A stretch of DNA of 64,000 nucleotides from Takakia lepidozioides (taxonomy: Eukaryota; Plantae; Bryophyta): NCBI GenBank assembly GCA_030704615.1, contig CM060732.1:30194001-30258000 (forward strand). The letters are read 5' to 3'. The position numbers were made by a program, and so were the translations under genes. Below the pieces are notes generated by a model. The model was not told the origin of the DNA. It ran no database searches and saw nothing but the letters and a program-made list of their open reading frames with translations. This document shows positions 11,895-26,087 of this stretch, one piece after another; position 1 is the first letter of the stretch; each line of letters opens with the position of its first letter.

Positions 11895-14489
11895 AACCGG
11901 GGCTAAAATAGAAACAATTACAAATGGTTGTTCAAAAACCAGTCATCATACATTGAATAACAGGTTCTAGTCTTCTCAACCGCAATTGTAGTTTTGGAAG
12001 AATCTGTCACATAAAAGTTCAAAGGCTAGAAATTTTCAACTTACATTTTCTGAGACTTTGTGGATAATGAATATGCATGGTGAGGGATCGTTGCCAAATG
12101 TAAGGTTCATCCAGAACAAAATGGACTCATTTTCAGAGAAAACCGGAACAACTTTCATATGGTATGATGAACAATAAGGAGCCTGACTGTGAAGAAGCAG
12201 TTAAAGCTCAAGGCTTCTCCTAGATTTCAAATGTTTTCCACAGAGCCATATGAGACTACTCTTTAGTCTTTTTCACAAGATAACCCAGGGGTTCTACATT
12301 TGCAGCTTTACACAAAACTGGGACTAACATCATCCTCAACCCTGATCAACACCACCTGTCAACACATACAGAAAACACTTACTAAGAATCATGTTTCTCC
12401 ACAAGAATGTATGGACCCCACAAGGTGAAGTAACAATATGGTGGTGTGGTTCTAATTATATAGCTACCACAATGGGCCTGCAAGATTTAGAGCGGGTTAC
12501 TAATCTGAATATAGATGTGACAATCAGTAGCAGAAGAGGACATTATAGGGGGGGAATACTCATTGATCATTCCCACAACATACCTTACATGTTATACAAG
12601 TTTTGGGGGGATGAGATTGTTGTGCTTGAGGCCGCACATATGTATCAGAACCTCCCGTATGATACTTTTTCAGCAAATCCTTCAGGAAGAAGATTTGCAT
12701 TGAGAACGTCATCTTGAGTCATCTCAAACTGGCTGGAAGCTTGTTGAAATTGGACAAGGTGTCCAAGACCTTCAACAAATTATCTCTCGTCACATTGGTC
12801 ATTGTTTCCACTGATTGGTCTAAGAGGAGTCGTAACTTTGGATCGGAGGCAGCTCCGAGAGAAGGAGCATGGCTCTTCTGACGGATGGCAGTCGAAAAAG
12901 ATGAGCTACGCCATTTCTGTCGGTGGTGGCCTTAATAAGATGCGTTTAAGTATGATGACATTTCGGTGCGAAGCTCCTTCGCTACTTCTTCAATGCTTCT
13001 GTCCTCTAAAAATCGGAAATCCTCTCTCAAGTAGATCCTGGACATACTTTCTCTCAGCACTCTCCAGATAGTACTCACACTAGTCCTTGTCTAGACTGTT
13101 ACACTTGGGATACCGGTGAAGATACCAGATCAGATCCTGGTATGACACCAGATAGAGACCTTTTGCAAAAGGGCCAAAAGGTACTGCATGCTTAAGTGAG
13201 GCATCACGCTGCAAATGAAAGGAAAGCCTCATCTAAAGGCTCTCCACGACATCTACAGCGGCTACCAACTTCAGATTCCAAAATCTGAAATCTGTCCATA
13301 CCTGGTACTCGTATTTCCAGAGTTCATAGAAACTCGGAGAATCCAAGTTACCTCCTCGCACAGTTTCTTCGTCCATGCCTTCAACGGTTTAGTTCCACAG
13401 CCTGTCTTCTTCATGGATATTAGCGTTGAGATTCCATCCTCCTCCTCCAACTTCAGTGAGGCCAATGCCTCATTTGATAGAGCGTTAGATTCCATCTTGT
13501 AAATTTCGACACAAGGATCCATGCTCGCTAAGAGCTCTTGTAATTGGCGCTTTGATTGGGGAGTCGTCAAGCTCAAAAACTACACTGGGATGCATCCTTG
13601 CATAAGGACCTTCATTGTTTCCTCCTCCTGTCACAGTTAAAGCCATACATCTCACACGGACAATCTCACACTATGAGCAATCGACAACAAAAGAGAAGCG
13701 TGAGAGAACAACACGAGAAGAAAGCTCAAAGGTGTATGCGGGTGTATGCAAATATCCAAGTGGAATTGTTTTTTATTTTTCTGTTTTTGGTAAAGACACC
13801 GCACCCTTTCTAAAACAAAAAAACAAAACAAAAAAAAAGACACAAGATGACATATATTAGGAGGAAAAGACTTTCAAAAGAAAAGAAAAAAGAAGACAAA
13901 AGCCCACATGGTTACCAATAGGAGGATTGGGGATGTGGATCCGCGCTTTTTAGAATGAGTTTTGGCGTTAAAGACTTCCAACAGATAAATATTAAATTTG
14001 TGGATCTTTTCATCCATCATTTCCTACTAGTAGCTGAGAGTCAAGATAAATTCTATTTTGGATGCTCAAATTGTCGATATGCCATTGGTCCCACTTTTAA
14101 AGCCAAACAATTTCTTAGCAATTTTTTCTACAACAACTTCCATAGCATATAAAAAGAGCATTCACATGACAACAATATGTATACAAAGATGGAAGATAGG
14201 ACCAGAGCGACTCACCATGGTGTCCACAATCATGCGTCAAGGTGTTCAATGTCTATTTCCAATTATTTGAAATGTGAAAGCGTTGAGGAGGCATTTGGCA
14301 GCAATGAGTGTAGGCAAAGTGGTCAATTGCTGAGAGAGAGGCGAAGGTTTTGAATATCCATTTTCATAGTGTATATGGTCTTCCACCCTATCTTTTGCCG
14401 AGACTTCAAATTCCTTACTAGCTTTCGAGTGTGTGTTGGACTTCTTATTGACACATTACTGCGAGAGGCAGATATAAGAATTGGAGTCC

Positions 14490-14815
14490 ACCGAAGTGCC
14501 TCCTTGGTCCTTGGTTCACGTAAAGATTGATGGAGTGCTGTCGGTATCTGTTCTAGTCGCTCCCATTATGGAGAAGGATAACAAGGTGCACAAATATGAG
14601 AGTACACCCGATGACTGCTTTGCCCATCTGAATCTGCAGTTCAAAGTTTTTCAACTTGTCCCAAAACGTGAGGGTCTGCTAGGACACACTTACCAACCCA
14701 CAATTGAAAGCCCCCCGCCAAAGAATATTCCAATGCCGATCATGGGTGGATACGACACTTTTTGGTGCTCGTCGTTGCTTCCAACCGACCGCAGTGTCAG
14801 CCGGTTCATAGTGGC
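14490..14815 (+). pseudogene. C-terminal fragment of a root cap / LEA-related protein (Root_cap domain)
   Basis: DDCFAHLNLQFK..EGLLGHTYQP..MPIMGG..SSLLPTD matches the known C-terminus of this family. No N-terminal part was found. Confidence 0.75.
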
Positions 14816-14828
14816 TTACCCATCTTCC

Positions 14829-15890
14829 CTATGGAATACCAAATGACCACTTCCATTTCCAATAAACGTTGCCTCATTTCCAACAAACTTTGTTTCATTT
14901 CCAATCAACTTTGTTTCACTTCCAATCAACCTTAGAAGGCCAAATGCTCATTTCCAATACATCATGTCTCACTAAACGATTCTTAATCCTTTAAAAATTC
15001 TTTGGTATTCAATAATTAGTCAAACTAGTGGAGCTGAGACATTCATAGATCATCTAAAGATCCTTTAAAAAGATTCTTTTGTTCAATACACAGTCACACT
15101 CGTGAAGCTGAGACATTCCCAAATCCTCTAAAGATCCTTTAAAAATATTCTTTGGTTTAGTACCCAATCACACAAGTGGAGTTGAGATATTCCCAGATCC
15201 TCTAAAGATCTTTTAAAATATTCTTTTGTTCAGTACACAGTCACACTAGTGGAGACCGTTAAATTTGCACCGTTAGACCATTAAATCACACATCACTAAA
15301 CCTAATCTGATTAAATTGTGCTCCATTAAAGAGCCATTGTTTCTTGGAAGTGAGACAAAATTGACTAGAAATGATGATGTATTGGAAGTTGACGTTTGGC
15401 CTTCTAAGAGCACGGTTCAACCATTAATCATGTTCCACTAAACCATCCATTAATTGGAAGTAAGACAAATTTATTGGAAGTGAGGAGAAGTTTATTAAAT
15501 ATGAGAGTGGTCATTTGGCTTTCCAAGTGTGCATCATTACACCAAGTCTCATTAAATTGTGCTCCATAGTGAGCCACTGTTTGTTGGAAATGAGGCAAAG
15601 ATTATGGGAGTGAGACAAATTTATTGGAAAGGAGGCAAGGTTTTAAAGATGGTGGTCATTTGGCTTTCCAAGTGCACCGTTAGACCATTAAATCATACAT
15701 CACTAAACCTAATCTCATTAAATTGTGCTCCATTTAAGAGCCACTAATTATTGGAAGTGAGACAAAGTTGACTAAAAAATGAAGAAAAGTTGATTGGAAG
15801 TGAAAAAAAGTTGATTGGAAATGAAGCAAAGTTTGCTCAAAATGAGGCAACGTTTATTGGAAATGGAAATGGTCATTTGGTATTCCATAG
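14829..15890. mobile_element. Non-autonomous foldback / MITE-like element with ~80-bp terminal inverted repeats
   Basis: ctatggaataccaaatgacc (14829) is the exact reverse complement of ggtcatttggtattccatag (15890), and the match extends about 80 bp. It has internal ttccaat/attggaa repeats and a ~76-bp tandem unit. No clear TSD. Confidence 0.8.
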
Positions 15891-16064
15891 CATAACCTGG
15901 GTGATCCTGGGTTCAATCCTTCAACGTGTGCCTTCAACGGTCCATTGGCCCCTCCATGGGCTGTAAATTCATTAGACGTTAAAGAAACTGTATCTTTATC
16001 TCTTGCTTTTCCATTTATACTTACTGCCCATGTACCTTAGAATGGTTAACTTACCCCTTGTTTG

Positions 16065-16336
16065 TTGGCCCTGCCCCACAGGGCAGGACTACGCATCAAG
16101 TTGGCCAAAGTGACCTTAATCTTATATCATGGGTTGTTCCCCATGAGACTTAATGGGAGCATGAAAGATTTTAGTTTCCTGTTAGGCACATGTTACACAT
16201 TTCTTTATTTGGCCCCGCCAGACAAGGGACTACTCATCAAATTGGCCAAATGGCCCTTAACCTTATACCATGGGTTGCTCCCATGAGACAATGGAACATG
16301 AAAGTTTTTAGTTCCCAATTGGGCACATGTTACACT
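16065..16336. repeat. Diverged tandem duplication (~130-140 bp x2)
   Basis: ttggccc...ggactac..atcaa.ttggccaaa...catgggttg...catgaaag...ggcacatgttacac occurs twice. Confidence 0.75.
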
Positions 16337-19199
16337 TCATATCAATAAAACAATGGTAGGGCCTCCGTGTATGACGCCTTGTTTTCCCCAAATTGAGTTA
16401 TTTTTCCTTGGCGTAGAGCTCGAGCTCGTGGGGGATGAAGTGGGAGCATTTTCAGGCTCATCCACTTTTATCCAGTCACTCAAATGCGTAGATATATAGT
16501 AGTAAACTTTTTAGTTGGGAGGGCCCAAAAATGAGCCCCACTTTCAAGGGTGGCGTTTTGCAGGAAATTTGTCAAGGGTCGCAGCAGGTAGTTGCACACA
16601 TTATGTGCGGTCACTTTGTGAAAATTAGAAATTAGGAATTTTCACAAATTGACAATATGTTTTCATTCCCGGGGTCGTGCTTTTGCATAATTTCATACAT
16701 ACCCACTCGCCGCTTTAAGGGTTAATTGGTTCTCTTGTATATTTTGGAAAACGGTCGTAATGTCGAATTTGTTATACAATCCCTAGTGTGGGATGTGTTT
16801 TTGATGTGATATATTGCAAGTATGAGGGCTGTTTTCAAATATAAAATCGGTTGCATAGACAATTACGAAAAAAAAATTGAAGCAGAATCATCTTGCAATT
16901 CTAGGTTCACATTTCAAAGAAACATCCGGCAATGCATGTGGGGCACATCCGCCATGTCATTATCATGAATGAAAAGTATTGGAAGTGTCCTCCTTCTCTG
17001 TCCCGAGCCTCTCTCCTTTCTTAGAATTATGAAACTATGATGACTTATGGACCCCATGGTCATGTACGCTAAATGTGAAAGCAAGAAAGACAAGACAAAA
17101 ATCCAACAGAGGAAGAATGTGAAAGCAAGCAAACGTTTCAACCATTTCTAAGATTTTTTTTCCCTTCAAAATGGTCGTGTGTTTTTCGGGAATTGTCATG
17201 TGAGCTGTGAAAAAAAAACTATGACGACGAATGGATCCTTTGGTCCTTCACACTAAACCAGCTTCAACTTAATGGTAGTCCTTGGAATAAAAGAGGGATT
17301 GGAGCACTTTTGAAATATATTATTTGTACAAATAACCTAAAAGTGAATCTCTTGAATTTTTTCATCCATCTGGATGTTTATCTGGGTTCATCCTGACATG
17401 TCCACACGTGTTTGTTTCATGGCCCCATGTGGTTTATATCTTCCCCTATTTTAATAAAGTTCTGAGGGCCACCATCAGTGGTTTTTTTTCGACCTGGAAA
17501 ATGGGTCTGCTACTTCTACAAAGGTATTATGGGAGTAAAATTGAGAAAACCACACTGCCAATGGTTAAATATCTGGAGCCAACTTTTTCCTACATGGACC
17601 TATTAGTATATGACACCTGTTATATAAGCCACTTTTCTATTCTCACCATATGGGCACTGAGTAGCATTTACATGTCGCCCTTATGGCGATTTTGGGAAAG
17701 TGAACAAAAACACTGGCCACCATGCCCTCTTTTCAGAAAAAAAAACCATAAAAAACAAATGTGTGCAATTCATGCAAGCCCTGCCCTCTAGTAATTATGA
17801 ATAGATAGTAAAAATTTGGAAGATCACACAATGTTTATTAATAAATATCGCGGTAACAGGATTTGAGCCCTGAATCACCCCCGTGGCACGCAGGGTAATA
17901 TCCTCATTTATGACATGCACAAAAAGTTGAACTCCAAACCTAAAGGCCAAACAAAACTGGTTCTAACCATGAACTGTTCATCCAAGGGATGTCATTCACT
18001 ATAAATATGGACAAAATATTCTGGTGGCAACCGTCTCGATTGAATTGGGAGTGTAATCGAAAGTACCGGTGCTAAAGGAGCGATAAGCAGCTGAACCCTT
18101 TGCGTAGACCTGCCTTAGGAAGGCAGGGCGAACAAATAATTGCCCGTTAAATTTATTTTGGGGAAGGTATAGTCATAAGTCATAACCTAAAGGAACCCAG
18201 CAGGCCTTGGAATGACGAAGCCCCAAAATGATTCGGATGAGTGCGGTAACGGCCCAGCAGTACAGCCACCTGCCATACCCTCCCTCTTCAACACATAAGG
18301 TAGACAAACCTATAATGGTTACCATTCAAAATGTGACCCTTATAATTATTTGTTAAATGGCTCAAATGTGAATTCAAAAACGTCCATGCATACGTGCCGC
18401 TCCGATTTACATTCATGACATGACAGTTCATTATTAGTCTCTGGAAACTACATGCACGGTAAAGATCAGAGGTATTAAAGTGGCTGATCTGTTTGACATT
18501 TACAGCTGGTTCAAAACAAGGAGGGTGACGGTCATATTTGGGTATGCTTTAAATTGTTTTGGCAAATGCATACTGTTAGGAAACTGTAGCAAGTGGGCCA
18601 GGATTCAAACGAGCCGTCCTTTTATAATTGCAACAAAGTGGTTAATTAGTGTGATTAATCATGGACCGATTTAAATCTGCAAACAAACTTTTAAACACAG
18701 AATGGCGGGCCATTTCGAGTATGTATGTGGTGAGTTTTGTGCAGCTAAGTTTTGTAGTGTGGAGTACGCTTTCAGATCAATAGGAAATGGGATCGTCATT
18801 CAGGCCTGCAGATGCATTTCGTTTGCTTCTTGATACGGAATTAGCAGGAGATTATGAGGGAAATCACGTTGAACTTAGTGATAGTGAGAATGAATCGAGC
18901 AGACACGGGCCCACAAATTCACGCTTGAATGAAGACGAAAACTATGACAGTGGGGGAGATGTGGACCCCTATTATGATTGGGCTCAGGATCCGGAGGATC
19001 ATTCCCAAGTGCATTTCCAATGCGGTCAAGGAGACGGAGTGTTTGATTAGATCAACGAGCAAAGTCAATCGGTCCCACGAGCTCCAATTAGCATGATGAA
19101 GGGAATAGGAGGTGCATCGCTGGTAAGAAACGAGGAACCTATTAATATCAATGATCCTCCACCGCAACGGAAGCAACGGAGTCAAGTAGGACCGCAAAG

Positions 19200-20880
19200 G
19201 AAAAATGGGAATTGGACGGATTTCTCACTCCGAGTTGCGATGAGTGCACATGATCATGGAATGCCGATTCGGACTGCGGCGTGACAGTTTGGGGGTGCCT
19301 GTGACGTCTTTGCGTAATCATCTATATGGAATCACCACTAGCAGAAAACGTGGAGTCAAAGGGACACTCACCGAGAGGGAAGAAACATAACTGGTAAAAT
19401 ATATTGAAAAAATGCAGCTGATTGGACATCCTCTTACTCTAACTCAATTAAGATTGAAAGTTGCAGAGATCTGCCAGGATACACACCATTCAAAACGGTA
19501 TCCCTGGCTGGGGCTGGCTCCTCCGGTTGAAATGTAGAAATCCTCAATTGGCGTTACGTGTATCACAAGAATTAGAAACTGGCCGGAATCTTGCTAAAAT
19601 TTATGAGCTGAACAAATACACACAGGATAAAATCTAGAATTGTGACGAGTCAGGGCCCAGGCAGGTCGGAATGGAGGAGTGTTGGTTCTTGCAAAGAAAG
19701 GGTCCCGCACTGTACCTTCCATAATGCCAGATGAAAAAGGGAATGGTTGTGTCGGTGCTATCTATGCATGAATGCTGGAGGGACCTACATTCCGAATTTC
19801 TATATTTTCAAGGGGAAGAGATTCAGACGTAACTATATTTTCAAGTGTGAAAGTGGTGCTACGATGGCCATGCAACCGAAGGCCTTGATGACGGGTTTTC
19901 TCTTCATGAAATGGATCTCCCATTGTATCAAAACAACACATAAGGTCGGCAATCCAATTACTCCAGAGAACAGACACTTGTTGATTATGGACGGTCATAA
20001 TAGCCATGTTATCATTCAGGTCGTTAAAAAGCGAATGCCATGGGGCTGGATCTGATCACGCTCCCCTTGCACACCTCCCATGCACTCCAGCCTCTTGATG
20101 TCTCAGTGTTTAAACCTTTCAAAACAACATTCAAGGCTTACCGTGATGTTTGGACGATGGCACACAAGGGAGGCACACCCTTGAAAGAGGATCTCGCACA
20201 TTGGGTTTCACTAGCTTTGAAAAAAGCGATGAGTCCTGAAAATGTAAAAAAAGATTTTTCCGTGACTGGGATCTGGCCTCTCAATCTGGATGCCATGCAG
20301 AATTGCATGGGGCCAGCGAGGGTTATAGGATGGAGGTCCCGGAGGACGACACCCATCGAGGTCAAAAAGATATAAGGACTGCCATTGTTGACTTGCAAGT
20401 TGAGGAAATTTTGGAAAATAACATATCCGAGACACATTATGAGGTGCACGCACCACTACTTTGTGGAGGAAGAGGACGAAAATGAGTTGGTCTCGCCAGG
20501 TACCGAGCGATTATCCTCCAGCCAATCTAGCGACACTGGATCCTCACCGGAGCTGGAAATAGTTGCAGAAGCACCCATGAACAACGACACTCTATCACTC
20601 AATTTTTGAGTCTACCACAAATACCAGTGGCACCTCGACGACGATTGAATGGAGATGGCTCGGAGCCAATAATTGACTACAGCAAGTCCATTCTCATGAC
20701 CTCAGATGAGTACTTGCTAGCTTTGGAGCAAAAGAAGCCCTAAAAGTGCGGGAGCAGCGTAAAAAAGAGCGCGAACTGAATAAGCAAAAGCGTGCTCTCG
20801 ATAAGGTGGAAAAAGAGGAGCTGAAGCGCAAAAAGGTGGAGCAACGGGAGGCCAGAAAATAGTTCGATAATCACTGGTCC
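19200..20880 (+). mobile_element. Degraded pogo/Tc1-mariner-type transposase (HTH-psq, CENP-B HTH, DDE_1)
   Basis: WTDFSLRVAM..GMPIRTAA, LRNHLYG, LTQLRLKVAEICQ, NCDES, CMNAGG..YIFKGKR, HLLIMDGHNSH, LPLHTSHALQPLDVSVFKPFK, FSVTGIWPLN. Many stops and frameshifts. Confidence 0.9.
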
Positions 20881-23470
20881 GCCAAAAATTGTTCAACGAT
20901 TGGAGAGCGTCTCCATACTGCCATCCGATCTGATGCTTCCATTCCTACCACAGCTTACCTAAGGCGGGTCTGGATACATCATGGTTCGTCCTTATCGAAC
21001 CTCCATGGGTTTACAGAAGCATAAGTAGAGCCGGTGATCGTTGAGAAGCCCATCAGTTTTGGGATCAAATAGTTCTCATGTTGGACAAGCTGAAGATTTG
21101 TTTATTCTCCACTGGCGATTAGTTTTGATCATGACTGTTCGTTTTCAATTAGTCCAGGACACATCTCCGAGGACGCTTTGATTAGCGTAGTCAGATACGT
21201 AAAGCTCAGTAAATAGTCAAGTTCATGTAACTGATGAGTAGTTTAATTAAATGACATGGTCCATACTACTGTGCAGGGTAATTAGTAAAGTGAATGATGA
21301 TGCACACCTTTTGGGCCCCATGGGCTCCTGATTCAATGCACTTGTTGTTCAAAATAGTACCCCCTACTGGTCCATTCAAGGATTATTATGTGTTTTCAGC
21401 TTGAAAATTCACCAATATTATGTATAACTTAGGATACTTTTTGTTTTTTTTCAATAAATTTCATTTTCTTGTGCCTACATGGGAAAAATGTATATAAGGA
21501 CACTGCACAGCTGAAATTGCCTGCATTTCTTAAAGGAGCCATTATAGGTTTGTCTACCTTACCCATCCGCATACTCAGCATCGGATCAACCTTCTCCCCA
21601 CGGGAATCAATCTTCACCCAAGTTCCACGGGGCCCTTGAAGCTCATCAACTCGTTGTAAAACAATTGGAAATAGCTGAGCAAGCAGATCGTGTACACGGA
21701 TTGAATGGTGTGCAGTCTGGTGATAATGAGGGAGTGGGTGTGCCCGCCCTGGTCCAGGGTCCAAGGGCCCTCACTTACCGGAAGGCTTCTGGGAAGGAAG
21801 TTTCCAGTGTACATCATTGGGTCTGTGAAAATTTCACAAAAATGCTGTGAATGAAAGAGCGGATGGAAATATTTTGAGCGGTATCCTCATCAGTGGTTGA
21901 CAAATCTCTCCAGACTTGCTGAGCCTGGTGTCAGCGAACTTCCGCTGTAATGTTTGTAAGGCTCCAGTTGCCAGAAGGCATGTAGCACTGAGTGTTTGTT
22001 TCTTGCATTTGCAAAATCGCTTGTTGTGGAGTGTGGACATGGATGATGGCAGCACCGTGGTGGACAGTGAGATCTGAGGTGGGTTGTGGTGGAATGGAGA
22101 CATAATTCTTGGATCTCGACCAAAATATGTAGAGTGGTCATAGATGATTTGGGCAGAGTAGGTAGCGTGGTGTGACAGGTGGCAGCGATGGCTCTCGTCA
22201 GCTGTGTCGCTACACACGTCCACTGTTCGCTTGGCCAGCGCCCAGCAGAGTATCTGAGAAGAGTGAGGCATCACTCATTAATGGAACGAGCTGTTTGCAA
22301 TCGTGGCGTTGGTCTGTGAATGCGTACTCATCCAATTGAGAGGATGTGTTATGAGGGATTGCACAGTGTGCTCGATGTGTCCGCTGATAATGCGAACAGC
22401 ACATTCGAGTCCAAATCCGCACCCTGTCACGGGACGTTCTTGGCGAGCTGCACAATACGCGTCCAAATCTTACCCGTTTCTTCGAGTAATCGACAGCACG
22501 ACAGCCGCCCGACGTTAGCTCCGTCGAAATCGAGAATGCGACTGTTCTTCGGTCCTACCATCTGCAGAGATGGCGCGGGGATACTGACGAATCGTTGATA
22601 TCTGAGATGATATTGTAACTAAGCTTAGTTGAGACACTTCCCTCCAAAGTAGTGCCTTGCTCACATGCTTCCGCAATGCACTGTGAGCTGTAAGAGTGCA
22701 GGGATGATCCTGTACATATGTGTGAGTTCAAAGCCATATATAACATTTTTTCTCCTGCATGACAGACTATAATAAGGTATTTCTGAGCTTTTGAGGATGC
22801 TTGCTTGCCCCAAGTCCAGCCATCAGCTTTGATTTGTTGAGGGAGAATAGCTTCGACTGATTGGGTACACGTTGGAGCTTTGTATTGTTGGACAACAAAG
22901 GAATTTTACCGACGTGATTCATGTTCAGTTAGAATTGGGAAAGTTTGGTGCAGGATCAAAAAGTTCTGTACCCAAACATTGGGACGATCCTTCAGATTCA
23001 GGCATGCCATCATATCACATCACAGCTCGCTGTGCCATGTCCCAAAATGATTAAGTTTGTACTGCATTAAAATGGACACGATGTCCAGCTAGACTTGAGC
23101 TGGCCATCTTTCAGGGTTTCAAATCGATCCAGTCACTTGCACCAAATTGCGATCTTCAATACTCAACCTTGTACAACGTTCGTGCAGAGAACTTTCCAGA
23201 CGACTTCAGACTCTACTGGCTACATCTTTGGATAGAAAGAATTTCTTAAGTAGACATTTCCGATAGATACCTCAGACTACTGTAACTCTATTGCTGTACA
23301 TGTGCTCTCCATGTCGGATCGTTTCCAAGAGATCTGAACAAACTACCATAACTGATCGAATTGGGGAAGATGATCGCTGCCTAAATTTGTCGAATGGCCA
23401 GGTTCAGGTGAGATATAGTGTACCACTAAGCTGCGCTGATCATGTAAACTGAAGCCATCCGGCGCAAGTA

Positions 23471-24935
23471 CTAACTAGTCTTAGTTACCAAAAGCTCTGC
23501 CCAAGCCTCTTCCTTCCTCATCAAAGGTGAAGTCTCAATCATCTCCACGTCTGGAGATATCCGCGAAGTTACTTCTCCCTCCAACACTGGATCTATCTCT
23601 TCAGAGATGAGCTCCAAATCTTCCGTCCCGCTCCATACACATCCTTCCTCATCCATACCGTCTGCGTGTGTAGTGTCAGCCTTAATTTCGGATATACTGC
23701 CGTCAGATAAGCTTATGTGGGTTGCTAATCCTTCCCAAAGTTCACGAGAGAACGTACTCGACTCTGTCATGATGCTGCTGTCGTAACTAACGTTACTCTT
23801 ATCGCTGCCTGGCCCGAGCAATTCCTCGTCATCCAGTTGTACATCCAAGAAACGACAATCTGATTCATCAAAAAGATCTTCACACTGATCGTCGAAGTCT
23901 TCAAGTGCGCGCCTGTGGGTTAAATCTAATTCGAGTGAATGACCGGGATGATCTGACGGCAACAACCCCTCATTGGGATCATGTGTTCTGAGCAACCCAG
24001 AAGTCGTACGCGCAGCAGGTTCGGGTAGCTCCGCTTCTGCCGCAGACTCTCGTGGGGATATGGAATTTGCTGTATCCGTAGTAGTAGCATCGCAAGAAGT
24101 GCTCGACATTAAACTTTTGCTGGACTCTACTAAGTTGGTACTTAGTGGTCTGCCCCTCTGGATCTCGTCCGGCGGATAGAGTGCACGATCATCACCTGCC
24201 ACTGCACAAACAATATGTGCAACCTCCACTTTGTAAACTGCACCAAAAGGGCACCAAATCAGGCCCACAACTATATGCATGTCCTACTCGGTGTACTGAG
24301 CGTGTACATTCATTAATCTCGATCAAGATTCCGCCCTGGAAGTTTTTCCTTCCTACTTAATAAATCGTTTGAACATGATCTCGAGAAGACACTTTAAAGA
24401 AGGCCTCTGAAAAAGTCAGCTGAGGGTGGTTCAGAGGATGGACATGTATAGTCACATGTGTTAAAAGATGCAAGGTTTCACCTGGCATAACTTCATTTTC
24501 GATAGAAAAGTCTGTTGGGTCCTGCTCACGGCGCCGACAATCAGGTAAGTTCAGGAGCGCACATGACCCATACAGCACTCTGGCAGCTTCGTCATAAGCC
24601 AGAGCTGCCTCCTCCGCCGTAACATACGTTCCCAGCCATAGTCGAGAACCTCTGTTGGGCTCCCTAATCTCTGCTACCCACTTCCCCCAAGTGCGTTGGC
24701 GAACGCCCCTGTATTTGCAAAGGGCATTTTCTGGACCACCCTTCCCTTTCATACAACCCTTCTTAGAACCCTGTGTAGGAGCTTTCCGGATGTTTTTCCT
24801 GCGGCCATGACCGACACTGTCAACGGGAGCTTGGCCTTCAACACTACTGCCTGTTTGCGCTTCGCACATACGATTGTGATCTGCCCACCAAGCCAAGGTG
24901 TCTGCCACCGTACTCCCCCGCTGCACGGATGGCAT
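23471..24935 (-). CDS. DREB2: DREB2-type (subgroup A-2) AP2/ERF transcription factor. Exons 24935(or 24997)-24482 and 24195(or 24201)-23471; possible upstream exon 25364-25271
   Basis: [30 protein letters not shown] (DREB2 motif), AP2 domain [49 protein letters not shown] phase-1 GT..AG intron at 24481-24196 joins an acidic C-terminal exon. Confidence 0.9.
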
Positions 24936-25414
24936 GCAGCTCAATCTTTCAACCCGTTTTCTTCTGGTGGAATTCCGGCTCAGGCGGGGAGCTATTTCTG
25001 GATCCAGCGCTTACCACCCTCCTACAACTGGCAACGAGAGAAACCCTACCAGCTGCTATACAGCTGCTACACGACAGTGGTTTCAGGACCTTTGTCCAAG
25101 TAGCTATGGATCCTTTACACTGTACAGCCTTTCGACAAGGTCATTGCGATCGAGGTCTGTCCTCAGAACCTCGCACTCGCGCTAGATCGCAGCTTGCTTC
25201 CGCAGGTAGCTTGCAAGCGTGGAATCCCGTCTTCCCCAGATTCACAGAAGTTGGAGATACATTGACACACCTTGTTGATCTTCACGAGATCCATCAACGT
25301 TTGTGATGACGGAGCACCCAACTACTTCCACGCTCGCGCTCACTAAGTGTGGGCGACAAGTCATGACAAAACACTTCGCCTGGCTGCGCCACCTTTTCTT
25401 TCAGAGTCAAGTGC

Positions 25415-25472
25415 TACGTGTCGGTTCCTCACAGCACCTCGGCCTGTCCACCTACCACACGCTGCCACGCGT
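25415..25472 (-). promoter_or_regulatory. ABRE plus CE3-like coupling element upstream of DREB2
   Basis: tacgtgtc (25415-25422) and acgcgtggc on the minus strand (25464-25472). Motif match only. Confidence 0.5.
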
Positions 25473-25733
25473 AGATATTTTATCCCCAGAGGTGGGAGTT
25501 CCTGGCCAACGTGATGCAAAGAGATAATGGAAAATAGTAAGAATATGGTACAGTCAACCCTGGATAAGTGCCACCATTTACCAACCCTTCCCATCTTACT
25601 TTTGTTTTTCATTTTTTTCGTTTCGTTTTGTTTCGTTTTTGTTTTTGTTTTGTTTTTTGTTCTTAAGTGAGTTTTGTTTTTGTTTTAAAGTGAGATATTT
25701 GCAAGGTCCCTGCAGTGAAGGATTATAACTTTT

Positions 25734-26029
25734 TTATTTAATGTTTTAGAGGGAAACATCGGGAGCAAACCCCCTCACAAATCAGGCCCCTTAGTTTTTT
25801 CTTTTTTTTTGAACGGACCCCTTAGTTATAGTGAGAGGAGAGTAGTAGGTATTGAATAAAGTGAGAGGAGAAAATAACCTCTTTGGTACAACCTCGCCAT
25901 GAGGCGGCAAGCACAAGGCTCATGGGACACCTGCCACAGCCCACACTGCAGGAGTTGAACCCAGAATCGCATGAGTGACACTCAGAGGACTCAGAGCACT
26001 ATCTATCCAACTGAGCTATCGACTTGTGG
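25734..26029 (-). mobile_element. tRNA-derived SINE
   Basis: Minus strand carries box A tagctcagttgg (26018-26007), box B ggttcaactcc (25961-25951) and an A-rich tail. It is flanked by the direct repeat taactttt (25726-25733 and 26030-26037). Confidence 0.75.
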
Positions 26030-26087
26030 TAACTTTTGTTTTTTTAGCGGACTGACGACGACCCGTTATAAAACCGGGTAAGTGCAT

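Noticed and set aside
12300-14330. Possible decayed genes on the minus strand
   Set aside because: The sequence looks coding-like, but I could not assign any motif and stops are frequent.
21429-22600. Overlapping 60-146 aa ORFs downstream of DREB2
   Set aside because: No recognisable family motif in any frame. A translated search would be needed to exclude a decayed TE or viral fragment.
25950-26022. Functional tRNA gene
   Set aside because: A and B boxes are present, but there is no convincing cloverleaf, and the extended body, A tail and TSD indicate a SINE.
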